From positions 44,679-108,678 of the forward strand of contig JAYUBK010000015.1 of NCBI GenBank assembly GCA_043740835.1: a stretch of 64,000 nt of DNA, given 5' to 3'. A program made the position numbers and the translations under genes. This DNA comes from Chloroflexota bacterium. Its GTDB lineage: Bacteria; Chloroflexota; Dormibacteria; Dormibacterales; Dormibacteraceae. A model generated the notes under the pieces. The model had not been told where the DNA came from, did no database searches, and saw only the letters and a program-made list of their open reading frames with translations. Numbering within the stretch: position 1 is the stretch's first letter; each line of letters begins with the position of its first letter. This document shows, one piece after another, positions 1 through 8,969 of the stretch.

Positions 1-216
1 GCGGATACGCTCGACTACAGGCGTGCCTACCAGATCGTCAAGGGCGTCGTCGAGGGTCCGCCCTTCCGGCTGATCGAGGCCGTGGCGGAGCGGATCGCAG
101 TGCTCCTGCTGGAATTGGGACTAATCCGGCGTGTCACGGTCCGGGTCCACAAGAGGCCTTCCCTGGGAGGAGAGTTCGGGAGCATCGCCGTCGAGATGAC
201 CCGGCCCCGGACATAG
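1..216 (+). CDS. folB: dihydroneopterin aldolase, C-terminal fragment (gene starts left of the window)
   Basis: Frame 1 is open from base 1 to TAG at 214-216. The tail ..DYRRAYQIVKGVVEGPPFRLIEAVAERIAVLLLE..VTVRVHKRP.. resembles FolB C-termini. It lies directly upstream of folP-folK. Confidence 0.75.
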   Translation, partial: ADTLDYRRAYQIVKGVVEGPPFRLIEAVAERIAVLLLELGLIRRVTVRVHKRPSLGGEFGSIAVEMTRPRT

Positions 217-225
217 GCAGGAGCG

Positions 226-1044
226 ATGACTGGTGATCCCACGGAGACGTATACCGGCTCCACACGCGTCAAGGTGATGGGCATCGTTAACGCGACGCCC
301 GATTCATTCAGCGGAGACGGTCTCGAGGGGCAGGCCGCGATTGAGCGTGGACTCAAGCTGGCGAGGGCGGGCGCCGATTTCGTTGACGTCGGCGGCGAAT
401 CGACCCGCCCCGGCCACGTCCCGGTCGACATCAAGGTCGAGATCGGCCGCGCCATCCCGGTCGTCCGTGCCCTGGCCGCAGCCGGCATCGCCGTGTCCAT
501 CGACACCAGCAAGCTCGAGGTGGCCGCGGCGGCAGTGCGCGCGGGAGCGCGGATGATCAACGATCAATGGGGTCTCGTCCGCTCGCCGGGCATCGGCGGA
601 CTCGCGGCCGAGAGCGGAGTGGCGCTCGTCCTGATGCACAACCAGGAGGGCCATCTTTATGCGGAGGACATCATGTCCGCAATCAAGCGATCCCTCGGGC
701 ACTCCATCACGGCGGCGCGTTCCGCCGGTATCTCAGCGGCCAAGATCATCGTCGATCCGGGGATCGGATTCGGTAAAACCGCTGATCAGAACGTCGAGGT
801 GCTGCGCCGCCTCACGGAGCTACATGAGTTGGGTTACCCGATTCTCGTCGGTGCATCTCGGAAGGGTTTCCTGGGCCGCCTTTATGGCCAGGAGATGGAG
901 ATGCGAGCATGGGGAACGGCAGCCGTGGTGACGGCCTGCATCCTTCGCGGAGTGCAGATCGTCCGGGTCCACGACGTCGCCGAGATGGTCGCCGTCGCGC
1001 GGGTCGCGGAGGGTTTGAAGGTCGAGCCCAGAGTCGCGGGGTGA
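226..1044 (+). CDS. folP: dihydropteroate synthase
   Basis: 272-aa ORF with pterin-binding signatures MGIVNATPDSFSGDG and GADFVDVGGESTRPG. Confidence 0.95.
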   Translation: MTGDPTETYTGSTRVKVMGIVNATPDSFSGDGLEGQAAIERGLKLARAGADFVDVGGESTRPGHVPVDIKVEIGRAIPVVRALAAAGIAVSIDTSKLEVAAAAVRAGARMINDQWGLVRSPGIGGLAAESGVALVLMHNQEGHLYAEDIMSAIKRSLGHSITAARSAGISAAKIIVDPGIGFGKTADQNVEVLRRLTELHELGYPILVGASRKGFLGRLYGQEMEMRAWGTAAVVTACILRGVQIVRVHDVAEMVAVARVAEGLKVEPRVAG

Positions 1045-1454
1045 CCCGCGCCTATCTGGCTCTCGGCTCGAACGTCGGCGAGCGGGCGGCAAATCTCGCC
1101 GCCGCCCGGGCGAGCCTTGCTGCACGGGGAGTCAAGGTGACGCGAGCGAGCACGGTGATCGAGACCGAGCCCTTCGGTGTCGAAGATCAGCCGCGCTTTC
1201 TGAACCAGGTGCTCGAGGTCGACTGGTCGGGCAGCGCTCGCAGCCTCTTGAAGGCCGCCAAGCTAGTCGAAACGGAGGTCGGACGCACCCCCACCTTCAG
1301 GTGGGGCCCACGCGAGATCGACATCGACATTGTTCTCTTCGGCGAGGAGGTCATCGATGAGCCAGACCTGCAGGTTCCCCATCCTCGGCTCTGGCAACGC
1401 AACTTCGTTACCCGACCACTTCGCGAGCTCCGCCCCGACCTCGTCTCCGATTAA
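1041..1454 (+). CDS. folK: 6-hydroxymethyl-dihydropterin pyrophosphokinase (HPPK)
   Basis: GTG at 1041 overlaps the folP TGA (GTGA). Motifs YLALGSNVG, FLNQV, REIDIDIVLFG and VPHPRL are typical of HPPK. The track ORF start at 909 lies inside folP and is probably too long. Confidence 0.9.
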   Translation: MTRAYLALGSNVGERAANLAAARASLAARGVKVTRASTVIETEPFGVEDQPRFLNQVLEVDWSGSARSLLKAAKLVETEVGRTPTFRWGPREIDIDIVLFGEEVIDEPDLQVPHPRLWQRNFVTRPLRELRPDLVSD

Positions 1455-1516
1455 GAGGGACTCGCCCGGCCCTGCCCCTGGCTCGGCCGCGGGCACGTCT
1501 CGCGTAACCTCCGAAA

Positions 1517-2362
1517 GTGCGATCGCTCAAGGCCGCCGCCGCCTTCGTACGGCCCAGCGTGATGGTGATCGCCGCAGCGATGCCCCTGGCTGTCGCGCTC
1601 GCGGTGGCAATTCCGCAGCCCACCGGCCGGCCGTCCTGCTCCCTGGCGGCGGGCGCCCACCACCTGGCGGTGGTCGTGGAACACGGAAATGGGACCACTC
1701 TCTCGACCTGCATCTCGTTTGACTCGATTCAGCTGAACGGCGACCAGGCCATGCAGATGAGTGGGATCCAGTACGCGAGCATCGAATCCGGTGGCCTCGG
1801 CAAGGCGGTCTGTCAGATCGACCGCGAGCCGACGTCATATCCTCCCAGCTGCTGGACTTCGAGCAGCCCGTACTGGGGAATGTTCGTCTCTCACGCAGGA
1901 GGGCCGTGGGCGGTCGCCCGCTACGGCATCAGCAGCCAGCAGTTCTCCGATGGCGACGCGCTCGGCTGGCATTACATCCCCGCCAACGGCGCGGGGGGCC
2001 CGCCGCCCTCAGCAGCAGGTGTCTGCGCACCGCCGGCGCCCTCTCCGGTGCCTTCCTCCACCATCCCGAACTCCGTCCCAACCGGGCCGACCGTCACATC
2101 GTCCGTGCCGGCCGCGCCGACTCCCGCCCCCCCTTCTCCCGGCGAGATTCCATCCGCGTCTCCCTCCGAAACCACGCAGCCGCAGACCCTTCCGAGCGAC
2201 TCGCCAGGGCCAGGGCCGGCCGCCGTACCCTCCCACAGGGATCCTCCTCACCCCTCGGCGCCGGCCGGACCTGAGCTCGGGTGGCTGGCCGCGGCCACCG
2301 GCGCCGGCGCGCTTCTCGGCCTCCTGGTGGTCCGGCTGGTGGCACGGCGGGGCGGCCGGTGA
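1517..2362 (+). CDS. secreted/anchored hypothetical protein (signal peptide, DUF4430-like core, Pro/Ser-rich linker, C-terminal TM anchor)
   Basis: Hydrophobic N-terminus (VMVIAAAMPLAVALAVA). The core ..SPYWGMFVS..GISSQQFSDGDALGWHY resembles the DUF4430 pattern (yW.y.vng...dGD.i.w.y). A long P/S/T-rich tract is followed by LGWLAAATGAGALLGLLVVRLVARRGGR. Confidence 0.6.
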   Translation: MRSLKAAAAFVRPSVMVIAAAMPLAVALAVAIPQPTGRPSCSLAAGAHHLAVVVEHGNGTTLSTCISFDSIQLNGDQAMQMSGIQYASIESGGLGKAVCQIDREPTSYPPSCWTSSSPYWGMFVSHAGGPWAVARYGISSQQFSDGDALGWHYIPANGAGGPPPSAAGVCAPPAPSPVPSSTIPNSVPTGPTVTSSVPAAPTPAPPSPGEIPSASPSETTQPQTLPSDSPGPGPAAVPSHRDPPHPSAPAGPELGWLAAATGAGALLGLLVVRLVARRGGR

Positions 2363-3036
2363 GTGGGCCCTACGCGGTCATGTGGTCAGGGGGAAAGGAT
2401 TGCGCGCTGGCCCTTGACCGAGCCCGGCAGGCCGGACTGGACATTCAAAGGCTGGTCAACTTCCATGACCCCACCACTGGCCGCGTTCGCTTTCACGGCA
2501 CCCGTCTCGCGATGTTGGAGGTCCAGGCGTCTGCTGCCGGCCTCGACCTCCTTAAAGTCCCGACAACGTGGGCGGAGATGGATCAAAGGCTGCAGGATGT
2601 ATTGAGGCGCATCAGAGCCGAAGGCTTCGCGGGCATCATCTTCGGCAACATCCACCTGGCGGATGTTCGCGCCTGGTACGAGGAGCGGGTCAGGGCGGCG
2701 GGGCTCAAACACGTGGAACCGATCTGGGGCGAGGCACCGAACGCCTTGCTCGAGGAATTCGTCTCCAAGGGCGGCCTTGCGGTCGTGACCTGCGTGGATC
2801 GGACCAGGCTGGCCCCATCCTGGTTGGGCCGGATCATCGATGACGAATTTCGCGCGGACATCGGCGCCACCACCTGTGACCCATGCGGCGAAAACGGCGA
2901 ATACCACTCCTTCGTCTTCGCCGGGCCTCTCTTTACGGCTCCCGTCGGTTGGATCCCGGGAGTCCGTTTTGGAGAAGGCTCTTTTCTGCAACTTGATATC
3001 CGGTCGCCGGCGAAGAGCTCAACGCCAGTTCTCTGA
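2359..3036 (+). CDS. Dph6-related ATP pyrophosphatase (MJ0570/DUF71-type adenine-nucleotide alpha-hydrolase)
   Basis: N-terminal PP-loop-like AVMWSGGKDCALAL, then ..FGNIHLADVRAWYEERV.. and ..PCGENGEYHSFV... GTG at 2359 overlaps the upstream TGA (GTGA). An alternative ATG lies at 2380. Confidence 0.7.
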   Translation: MSGPYAVMWSGGKDCALALDRARQAGLDIQRLVNFHDPTTGRVRFHGTRLAMLEVQASAAGLDLLKVPTTWAEMDQRLQDVLRRIRAEGFAGIIFGNIHLADVRAWYEERVRAAGLKHVEPIWGEAPNALLEEFVSKGGLAVVTCVDRTRLAPSWLGRIIDDEFRADIGATTCDPCGENGEYHSFVFAGPLFTAPVGWIPGVRFGEGSFLQLDIRSPAKSSTPVL

Positions 3037-3309
3037 GCGGAGGCCGGCCTCGAGCCAGTCGATGAGCGCTCCCACCTTGTCCCAATCCTCCGCCTTTCGA
3101 GCGGCGATGAGCTCGCTGAGCGCCTGCGGTTCCCACGCCAGCAATGCCTCGGCGCCCGAGGCCGCGTAGCGAACCAGCGCGTGATGCACGACGTCCTCGA
3201 AGCGGAGATCGGTGCTCCGCGCAAGGTTCTCGAACGTCGGCTTCGGATCGACCAGTCGCGAAAGGGCCACGGCTTCGCGAAAGTTCGCGTCGCGATCGCT
3301 TTCTTCCAT
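3019..3309 (-). CDS. hypothetical protein (about 96 aa)
   Basis: ORF with good codon bias. Start taken at Met31 of the track ORF (MEESDRDANF..) because the longer version would run through the tRNA-Pro gene. Confidence 0.5.
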   Translation of the reverse strand: MEESDRDANFREAVALSRLVDPKPTFENLARSTDLRFEDVVHHALVRYAASGAEALLAWEPQALSELIAARKAEDWDKVGALIDWLEAGLRSENWR

Positions 3310-3355
3310 CGGCGTCAGGATAGTCAAACGGTTGGTCAGGCTCGGCTGTTGTCGA

Positions 3356-3432
3356 TGGTCGGGCGGGCGAGATTCGAACTCGCGATCTCCTGGTCCCAAA
3401 CCAGGCGCTTTGCCGGGCTAAGCTACCGCCCG
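3356..3432 (-). tRNA. tRNA-Pro (anticodon UGG), CCA encoded
   Basis: Reverse complement reads CGGGCGG..TAGCTTAGC..CCTGG-TTTGGGA-CCAGG..GCGAGTTCGAATCTCGC-CCGCCCG-A-CCA. Cloverleaf folded by eye. Confidence 0.9.
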
Positions 3433-3447
3433 AATCGGAGAGAGGAC

Positions 3448-3483
3448 AAGCTAGTTGCCTGTACCCGTACAGGCAACTAGCTT
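3448..3483 (-). terminator. perfect 17-bp stem-loop between rdgB and tRNA-Pro
   Basis: AAGCTAGTTGCCTGTAC-CC-GTACAGGCAACTAGCTT. It overlaps the rdgB stop codon. There is no U-tract, so it may be a terminator or an RNA processing site. Confidence 0.45.
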
Positions 3484-4076
3484 AGCCAGCCCGTGGCCAG
3501 GAGCGCTTTGACCGCGGCTCCGCGGTGGCTGTATTGATGCTTGAGGGCCGGTGCCATCTGCCCAAACGTGAGACCGCTGACCGGAACCAGGAAGATCGGG
3601 TCGTAGCCAAAGCCAACGCCCCCCAGCCACTCCGGCACCACCTCGCCGGCGCACGATCCCTCGACCGTGCGCGTCTCGAAGCCGGGCATCGCGAGTGCGA
3701 TGCTGCAGACGAAGCGAGCACCCCATGGACGCGGAAATGGCTTGAGCCAGGTGAGGAGCGCGGCCGTGCGCTCGGCCTGGGTGGGCGCGACCCGGGCAGA
3801 TTGCAATCCCGGCAACCCCCCCAGGACGTCGACCTCGAGTCCGGTGTCGTCGCCAATCGACGGCAACCCGGTGGCTGCCAGCGCTGCCTCGGCCTTGAGG
3901 ATCGCGTTGGCCGCGTACGTGCGGCCGGTCTCCTCGACATTAGTTGAATACGGGACAAGCTCGTAGCCGGCGCCTGAAAGAAGGTCTGTGTACTCCGCGA
4001 GTTTTCCCTTATTGGAGGTCGCGATCACAAGACTCCGGGAAACGCGGGCGACCTCCTCGGAAACCTTCTCAGCCAA
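3477..4076 (-). CDS. rdgB: non-canonical purine NTP pyrophosphatase (RdgB/HAM1 family)
   Basis: LVIATSNKGKLAEY.., ..GDDTGLEVDVLGGLPG.. and ..FGYDPIF.. Confidence 0.9.
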   Translation of the reverse strand: MAEKVSEEVARVSRSLVIATSNKGKLAEYTDLLSGAGYELVPYSTNVEETGRTYAANAILKAEAALAATGLPSIGDDTGLEVDVLGGLPGLQSARVAPTQAERTAALLTWLKPFPRPWGARFVCSIALAMPGFETRTVEGSCAGEVVPEWLGGVGFGYDPIFLVPVSGLTFGQMAPALKHQYSHRGAAVKALLATGWLS

Positions 4077-4794
4077 TCGAGGCGAGGGCGGCGCGCTGGG
4101 CGGCGATCAACTCTTCGATTCCCTTGCTCGCGAGTCCGAGCATCGCATCGAGCTCATCACGCGAGTAGGCGCCGTGCTCGGCCGTGGCCTGGAGCTCGAC
4201 CAGGCGGCCGTCCTCGGTCATCACGCAGTTGAGGTCGGTGCCGGCGTGGAAATCCTCGGTGTAGTCGAGGTCGAGGACCGGCGTCCCATCGACGATCCCG
4301 CAGCTGACGGCCGCCAGGTGCTGCCTGATGGGCTCGCCCTTCAGCATGCCCGCCCTGCCCATCCGGGCGAGCGCCTCGGCCATGGCGACGAAGCCGCCGG
4401 TGACCGACGCTGTGCGGGTGCCACCATCGGCCTGGAGGACATCGCAATCGACGGTGATCGTGCGCTCACCGAATTGGCGCATGTCGACGGCAGCACGCAG
4501 CGAGCGGCCGATCAGCCGCTGGATCTCGTGAGTGCGACCGCCGATCCGGCCCTGAATCGCCTCCCGCATGCCACGGTCGTGCGTCGCCCGCGGAAGCATC
4601 GAGTATTCGGCGGTGATCCAGCCCTGCCCGGTTCCGCGCCGGTGCGCCGGGAGTCGGTCGTCAACCGTGGCCGTGACGTGCACCCGCGTGCGCCCGAACT
4701 CGACAATGCAGGAACCTTCGGCATGGACGTTGACCCCCATCAGGAAGCGAACCGGCCGCATCTGATCCGGCGTGCGCCCGTCGTGGCGACCCAC
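4069..4794 (-). CDS. rph: ribonuclease PH
   Basis: GRHDGRTPDQMRPV...AEGSCIVEFGRTRVHVTATV.. and ..GWITAEYSMLPRAT... The in-frame GTG at 4794 overlaps the tatC TAG by 1 nt. The track ATG at 4857 would overlap tatC by 64 nt. Confidence 0.9.
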   Translation of the reverse strand: MGRHDGRTPDQMRPVRFLMGVNVHAEGSCIVEFGRTRVHVTATVDDRLPAHRRGTGQGWITAEYSMLPRATHDRGMREAIQGRIGGRTHEIQRLIGRSLRAAVDMRQFGERTITVDCDVLQADGGTRTASVTGGFVAMAEALARMGRAGMLKGEPIRQHLAAVSCGIVDGTPVLDLDYTEDFHAGTDLNCVMTEDGRLVELQATAEHGAYSRDELDAMLGLASKGIEELIAAQRAALASIG

Positions 4795-5549
4795 TATCGA
4801 CCCATCAGCTTGAGGAGCAGCGCGGTGCCCTCCCAGAACAGGTAGAGAGGTATCCACATGAAGAGCGGCGTGATTGGGTCAACACCCGGCGTCAGGAGGT
4901 TGGCAAGGACACCGAGGCCGATTATCCAGTAGAAGCGATTCGCGTAGAGCCATTTGGACGTGACGATCCGGAGCAGGCCGAGAACGAAGAGGACGACCGG
5001 AAGCTCGAAGACGACACCGAAACCGATGACGAGCAGAAGCACGAAACTCAGGTATTCCTCGGCGAAGCCAAGGTATTGGAGGTCCGGGGGCGCAAAGCCG
5101 TTGAGGATCTTCATGAAGAGCGGCAACGAAAAGAGGGCGAAGCTGACCCCCAGTCCAAAGAAGAAGATCGTCGCCGCGATCAAGGGAAGGATCAGACGGC
5201 GCTCGTGCTTGTGAAGACCCGGGCTAACGAACCACCACAGTTGCTGGATCCAGATCGGTGCCGCGACGATGAGGCCGAGGTAGACCGAGATCTTGAGGCC
5301 GAGGGTCAGCGCGCCCGCGGGCCCCGTGTAGACGAGATGACCCTGGTTCCCGCGGTCGATCAGGAACTTGATGACGTTCTTCCAGACGAAGAACGCAGCG
5401 CCGGTCGTGATGCCCCACCCGATGAAGCAGACGATGAGGACACGGCGCAGTGCCTCGAGATGCTCGAGGATGCTCATCCGGGATTCTTCCGAATCCGCCG
5501 CCGAAGACTTTCCGGGCCCGCGCTGGAGGACGCGGTCGAGCAGGGCCAT
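4794..5549 (-). CDS. tatC: twin-arginine translocase subunit TatC
   Basis: Polytopic 251-aa ORF with the TatC-like start ..MSILEHLEALRRVLIVCFIGW.. and six hydrophobic segments. It lies adjacent to tatA. Confidence 0.9.
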   Translation of the reverse strand: MALLDRVLQRGPGKSSAADSEESRMSILEHLEALRRVLIVCFIGWGITTGAAFFVWKNVIKFLIDRGNQGHLVYTGPAGALTLGLKISVYLGLIVAAPIWIQQLWWFVSPGLHKHERRLILPLIAATIFFFGLGVSFALFSLPLFMKILNGFAPPDLQYLGFAEEYLSFVLLLVIGFGVVFELPVVLFVLGLLRIVTSKWLYANRFYWIIGLGVLANLLTPGVDPITPLFMWIPLYLFWEGTALLLKLMGR

Positions 5550-5557
5550 CGCCCCGC

Positions 5558-5836
5558 TCAGGCCTTGGTTGACTCGGGCTTGTGCTCTATGACTGGTTCG
5601 GGCGTAGTTGCCGTCGGCGTCGTGACGACGCTCGCGGTCACCGGGGCCGGAGGCTCGTTCTCGTGCGCGGTGGCCTTGGCCACCTCGTCCTTGAGCTCAG
5701 TCGTCGCCTTGCGGAACTCCTTTATGGCCGTGCCGACCGCACCCCCGATCTGGGGAAGCTTGCCGGGCCCGAAGATCACGAGGACGATGACGAGAACCAG
5801 GATCAGCCACCAGTGGCCTCCAGATAGGAATGGCAT
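5558..5836 (-). CDS. tatA: twin-arginine translocase subunit TatA/E
   Basis: N-terminal TM helix plus amphipathic helix: [36 protein letters not shown]. Confidence 0.9.
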   Translation of the reverse strand: MPFLSGGHWWLILVLVIVLVIFGPGKLPQIGGAVGTAIKEFRKATTELKDEVAKATAHENEPPAPVTASVVTTPTATTPEPVIEHKPESTKA

Positions 5837-5845
5837 GCGCGAATC

Positions 5846-6571
5846 TTACTGCACTGTGACCGTGATCCCAAGGATGCGATCGTCAGCCGTCAGAGTTTTG
5901 ACGATTTCCTGACCCTGGAGGACAGTCCCGAAATGATTGAACACCGTGGTGCCCGGCCCGCCGTTCGGCCAGGCAGCCTTGAGGATGAAGAACTGACTGC
6001 CGTTGACGGGGCCGCCGGGGGTCCGCGCCATCCCGAGAGCTCCGGCCGTGGTCCAGTCCCCGCTGTTCCTCTCCTCGGGGAGCGTGTAGCCGGGTCCCCC
6101 CCTCCCCGTGCCGAGCGGATCGCCGGTCTGCGTCGCCATCCCGTCGTTGCGCCAGAAGTTGAGGCCGGTGTAGTAGCCGTTCACCGCCAGGACGATGAAG
6201 TTGTTGACTGTGACCGGGGCATCCCTGGCCGGCATGATCGCGATCAGGTCGCCTTTTGTGGTCTTGATCGTGGCCTGGTAGATCTTGTCGGTCCTGATGC
6301 ACTGGGCGGGTGCGGCCGCGTAGAGCCGGGGCGCGATCTGGTTGCTCGTCCGGCAGTTGGCGAGGGCCGCCACGGGCTGGGTCTTTAGCGCTGCGCTGAG
6401 CCCAAGGCCGGTCGCGACGAGGAGGCCGACGATCACGGTGAGCGTAAGGACCGACTGCCAGCGCACGCGAATAGGTCCGCCCGGCTCAACCAAAGGTGTC
6501 GTGGGAGTCGCCGAGGCCGTGCGAAGGCGTCGCCTGGACAGGCTGGATCGAAGGGTGGGATCGGTGCTCAT
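5846..6571 (-). CDS. membrane-anchored cyclophilin-type peptidyl-prolyl isomerase
   Basis: N-terminal TM segment followed by a cyclophilin core: ..VNNFIVLAVNGYYTGLNFWRN.. and ..GALGMARTPGGPVNGSQFFI.. Confidence 0.9.
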   Translation of the reverse strand: MSTDPTLRSSLSRRRLRTASATPTTPLVEPGGPIRVRWQSVLTLTVIVGLLVATGLGLSAALKTQPVAALANCRTSNQIAPRLYAAAPAQCIRTDKIYQATIKTTKGDLIAIMPARDAPVTVNNFIVLAVNGYYTGLNFWRNDGMATQTGDPLGTGRGGPGYTLPEERNSGDWTTAGALGMARTPGGPVNGSQFFILKAAWPNGGPGTTVFNHFGTVLQGQEIVKTLTADDRILGITVTVQ

Positions 6572-8004
6572 TAGTTGAAGTAGGTCGCGATCGCCTGGGC
6601 GAGGCCGCGGGTCGTGTATTCCTCCGCGATTATATCGACGCGCATACCCAGGTGACGGGCCGTGTCTGCCGTCACCGGGCCCATGCAGGCAATCCGGGTC
6701 TTCTTCAGCAGCGGTCCCAGCTCGCCCTCACCGAATGCCCCCGCGAAATTCACCACTGTGCTCGAGCTGGTGAAAGTGACGGCGTCGACCTGCCCGCCCT
6801 CGAAGGCCCTCCGCAGAGACCGGTGCAGGCCAGTAGGCGAGGCTAGCCCGTAGACCGGCAAGATCTCCACCCGCGCCCCGCGCTTGGCAAGAATCTGGGG
6901 TAGGGCGTCTCGATTGAGCTGGGCACGAGGAACGAGGATACGGGCGTCCCTGAGGTCCCAGCCGCGGAGCGCCTCGGCAAGTCCCTCGGCGGTGTACTCG
7001 CCGGCGACGAGCTCGGGACGGAGCCCGTGGCTTTCGAGCGTTCGCGCCGTCTCCGGTCCGATCGCGCAGATCTTCGAATCCCGCAGCGACCGGGCGTCGA
7101 GTGAGAGCTCGAAGAGCATCTCGAAAAAGATCTCGACGGCATTGGCGGAAGCGAAGATGACGAGCTGGGTGTCAGGCAGCAACGCCATCGCCGACCGCAT
7201 CCGGTCGTCGAGGAGTACGGGTCGGACCTCGATGGTCGGCACGTCGATGACCCAGGCGCCGAGCTCCGCCAGGTGGCGATGGAACTCCTCAGCCTGATGA
7301 CGAGCCCGGGTCACCAGGACCCGTCGGCCGTGCAGAGGCCGCCGCGAGTGGGTGTCCAGCCGGTTCGACGCCTCGACGCCCGGCCCGACGACCAGGAGAA
7401 CCTCCCCCTCGACGCCGGCCGCGGCGAGGCCGGCCAGGTGACGCAGGGGTGCCACGACCTTGCGCTGCCCGGGACCTCCCGGATTGAAGATGACTGCCGC
7501 CGGCGCATCCGGCGAATGGCCGGTCTCGAGGAGGCCGCTCACCGTGGCCTTCATCTGTCCCGGCTCAACGCGGAGCGCAGCCGTCTGCCCGTCGATGCCC
7601 CGTAGCATCCGCTCGCTGGCGGTGCTCATGAGGTTCACCGGGATGCCGCTTAGGGCCGGGCCGGCGGACTCGAGGAGCACCCCTGGAATGACCTCGTAGT
7701 CGTGCCCCGAAGCGTAGAGCAGCTCCGCCAGCTCATGACCGCGCGAGAACGCAAAAGGGTCTCCCAGGTAGAGCACGGCGATCCGGAAACCCGCCTCGAC
7801 TATCTCCATGATCGCGGTGTCGCCTTTGTAAGGTTCGATGAGGGCGCCCGGGCGGGCCATCCCGATGATCGCCGGATCGAGTCCGAGAGGATGGCGCACA
7901 ACATCCGCGGCACGGATGGCCTCCATGCCCCGGAGGGTGACCAGGCCGGGGCTGCCTGGACCGATGCCGACGAGCGATACGCGAACGGGCTTCGGCAGGG
8001 TCAC
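6571..8004 (-). CDS. cobA/hemD: fused uroporphyrinogen-III C-methyltransferase / uroporphyrinogen-III synthase
   Basis: N-terminal half carries tetrapyrrole methylase motifs (VSLVGIGPGSPGLVTLRG, YLGDPFAF). C-terminal half is HemD-like (GRRVLVTRARHQAEEF...). GTG start overlaps the upstream TGA. Confidence 0.85.
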   Translation of the reverse strand: MTLPKPVRVSLVGIGPGSPGLVTLRGMEAIRAADVVRHPLGLDPAIIGMARPGALIEPYKGDTAIMEIVEAGFRIAVLYLGDPFAFSRGHELAELLYASGHDYEVIPGVLLESAGPALSGIPVNLMSTASERMLRGIDGQTAALRVEPGQMKATVSGLLETGHSPDAPAAVIFNPGGPGQRKVVAPLRHLAGLAAAGVEGEVLLVVGPGVEASNRLDTHSRRPLHGRRVLVTRARHQAEEFHRHLAELGAWVIDVPTIEVRPVLLDDRMRSAMALLPDTQLVIFASANAVEIFFEMLFELSLDARSLRDSKICAIGPETARTLESHGLRPELVAGEYTAEGLAEALRGWDLRDARILVPRAQLNRDALPQILAKRGARVEILPVYGLASPTGLHRSLRRAFEGGQVDAVTFTSSSTVVNFAGAFGEGELGPLLKKTRIACMGPVTADTARHLGMRVDIIAEEYTTRGLAQAIATYFN

Positions 8005-8969
8005 CGGGTGCGGCTCACGACGTAGTCGGCGAAGGCGGCGAGGCAGCCCCTGGCGTCACCCGCGGGTAGAGCGTCCAGCTGCCGCCTGGCTTCTTCGGCA
8101 TGGCGCTCGGCTTCCGCCAGGGCCCGCCGCGGACCGGCTGAGGCCCGTACGCGTTCGACGAGCTGCGCGACATCCCCGGCGGCCACGGCGCTGCCCTCCT
8201 CGAGGCGGGCCGCGAGAGCCTGGTCCTCCTCGAGGGCGAACATCAGCGGGAGCGTCGCGTGGCCTTCCAGGAGGTCGACTCCCACCGGCTTCCCCACCTC
8301 GGCCGCATCACCCAGGTAATCGAGGACGTCGTCGACTATCTGGAAGGCCAGCCCGAGTGCGATGCCATAGCGGCGGAGCGCATCCTCGCCGGCCGTGCCC
8401 AGTTGACCCAGGTGGCCGCCGATCCAGGCACTGGCAGCGAGGAGAGCTGCAGTCTTGGCTTCGATGCGCGCCAGGTACTCCTCGACTCCAACCCGGTAGC
8501 GGTACCGAAAACTCTGCTGGCGGAGCTCGCCGCGGCAGATCCGCATGACGGCGGTGGCCAGCTCGTGGACGACCTCGTGGCGGCCGGTGAGGCTGGCCTG
8601 GGCGTACGCCTTGGCGAAGTGATGGTCACCGATGACGATCGCTGATTCGTCGCCGAGCACGGCGGCGACCGTCGGCCGGCCGCGGCGAAGCTTCGATCCG
8701 TCGATCACATCGTCGTGGACGAGCGTCGCCGCATGCGTGAGCTCAACGGCCATCGCGGCGGGCGCGAGCAACTCGAAATCGTACCTTCCGAGATATCCGG
8801 CAAGCAGGACGAGGGCGGGTCTGATGCGCTTTCCCCCGGCTCCGAAGAGGTCTCCCATCGGGCCTGCCATGGGCTCACCGTCGGCGGCAACGGCCTTCCG
8901 GAGACGCTCCTCCACTCGTGCCATGTCCTGGGCGACGGGTCCGAACAGCGAAGCGGCGCTGGTCGTCAC
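8001..8969 (-). CDS. polyprenyl diphosphate synthase (trans-isoprenyl diphosphate synthase family)
   Basis: Both Asp-rich motifs are present: LVHDDVIDG..RRGRPT and FQIVDDVLDY. Confidence 0.9.
   Translation of the reverse strand: MTTSAASLFGPVAQDMARVEERLRKAVAADGEPMAGPMGDLFGAGGKRIRPALVLLAGYLGRYDFELLAPAAMAVELTHAATLVHDDVIDGSKLRRGRPTVAAVLGDESAIVIGDHHFAKAYAQASLTGRHEVVHELATAVMRICRGELRQQSFRYRYRVGVEEYLARIEAKTAALLAASAWIGGHLGQLGTAGEDALRRYGIALGLAFQIVDDVLDYLGDAAEVGKPVGVDLLEGHATLPLMFALEEDQALAARLEEGSAVAAGDVAQLVERVRASAGPRRALAEAERHAEEARRQLDALPAGDARGCLAAFADYVVSRTR

Noticed and set aside
27-560. 177-aa minus-strand ORF at the window start
   Set aside because: Antisense to the folB tail and folP.
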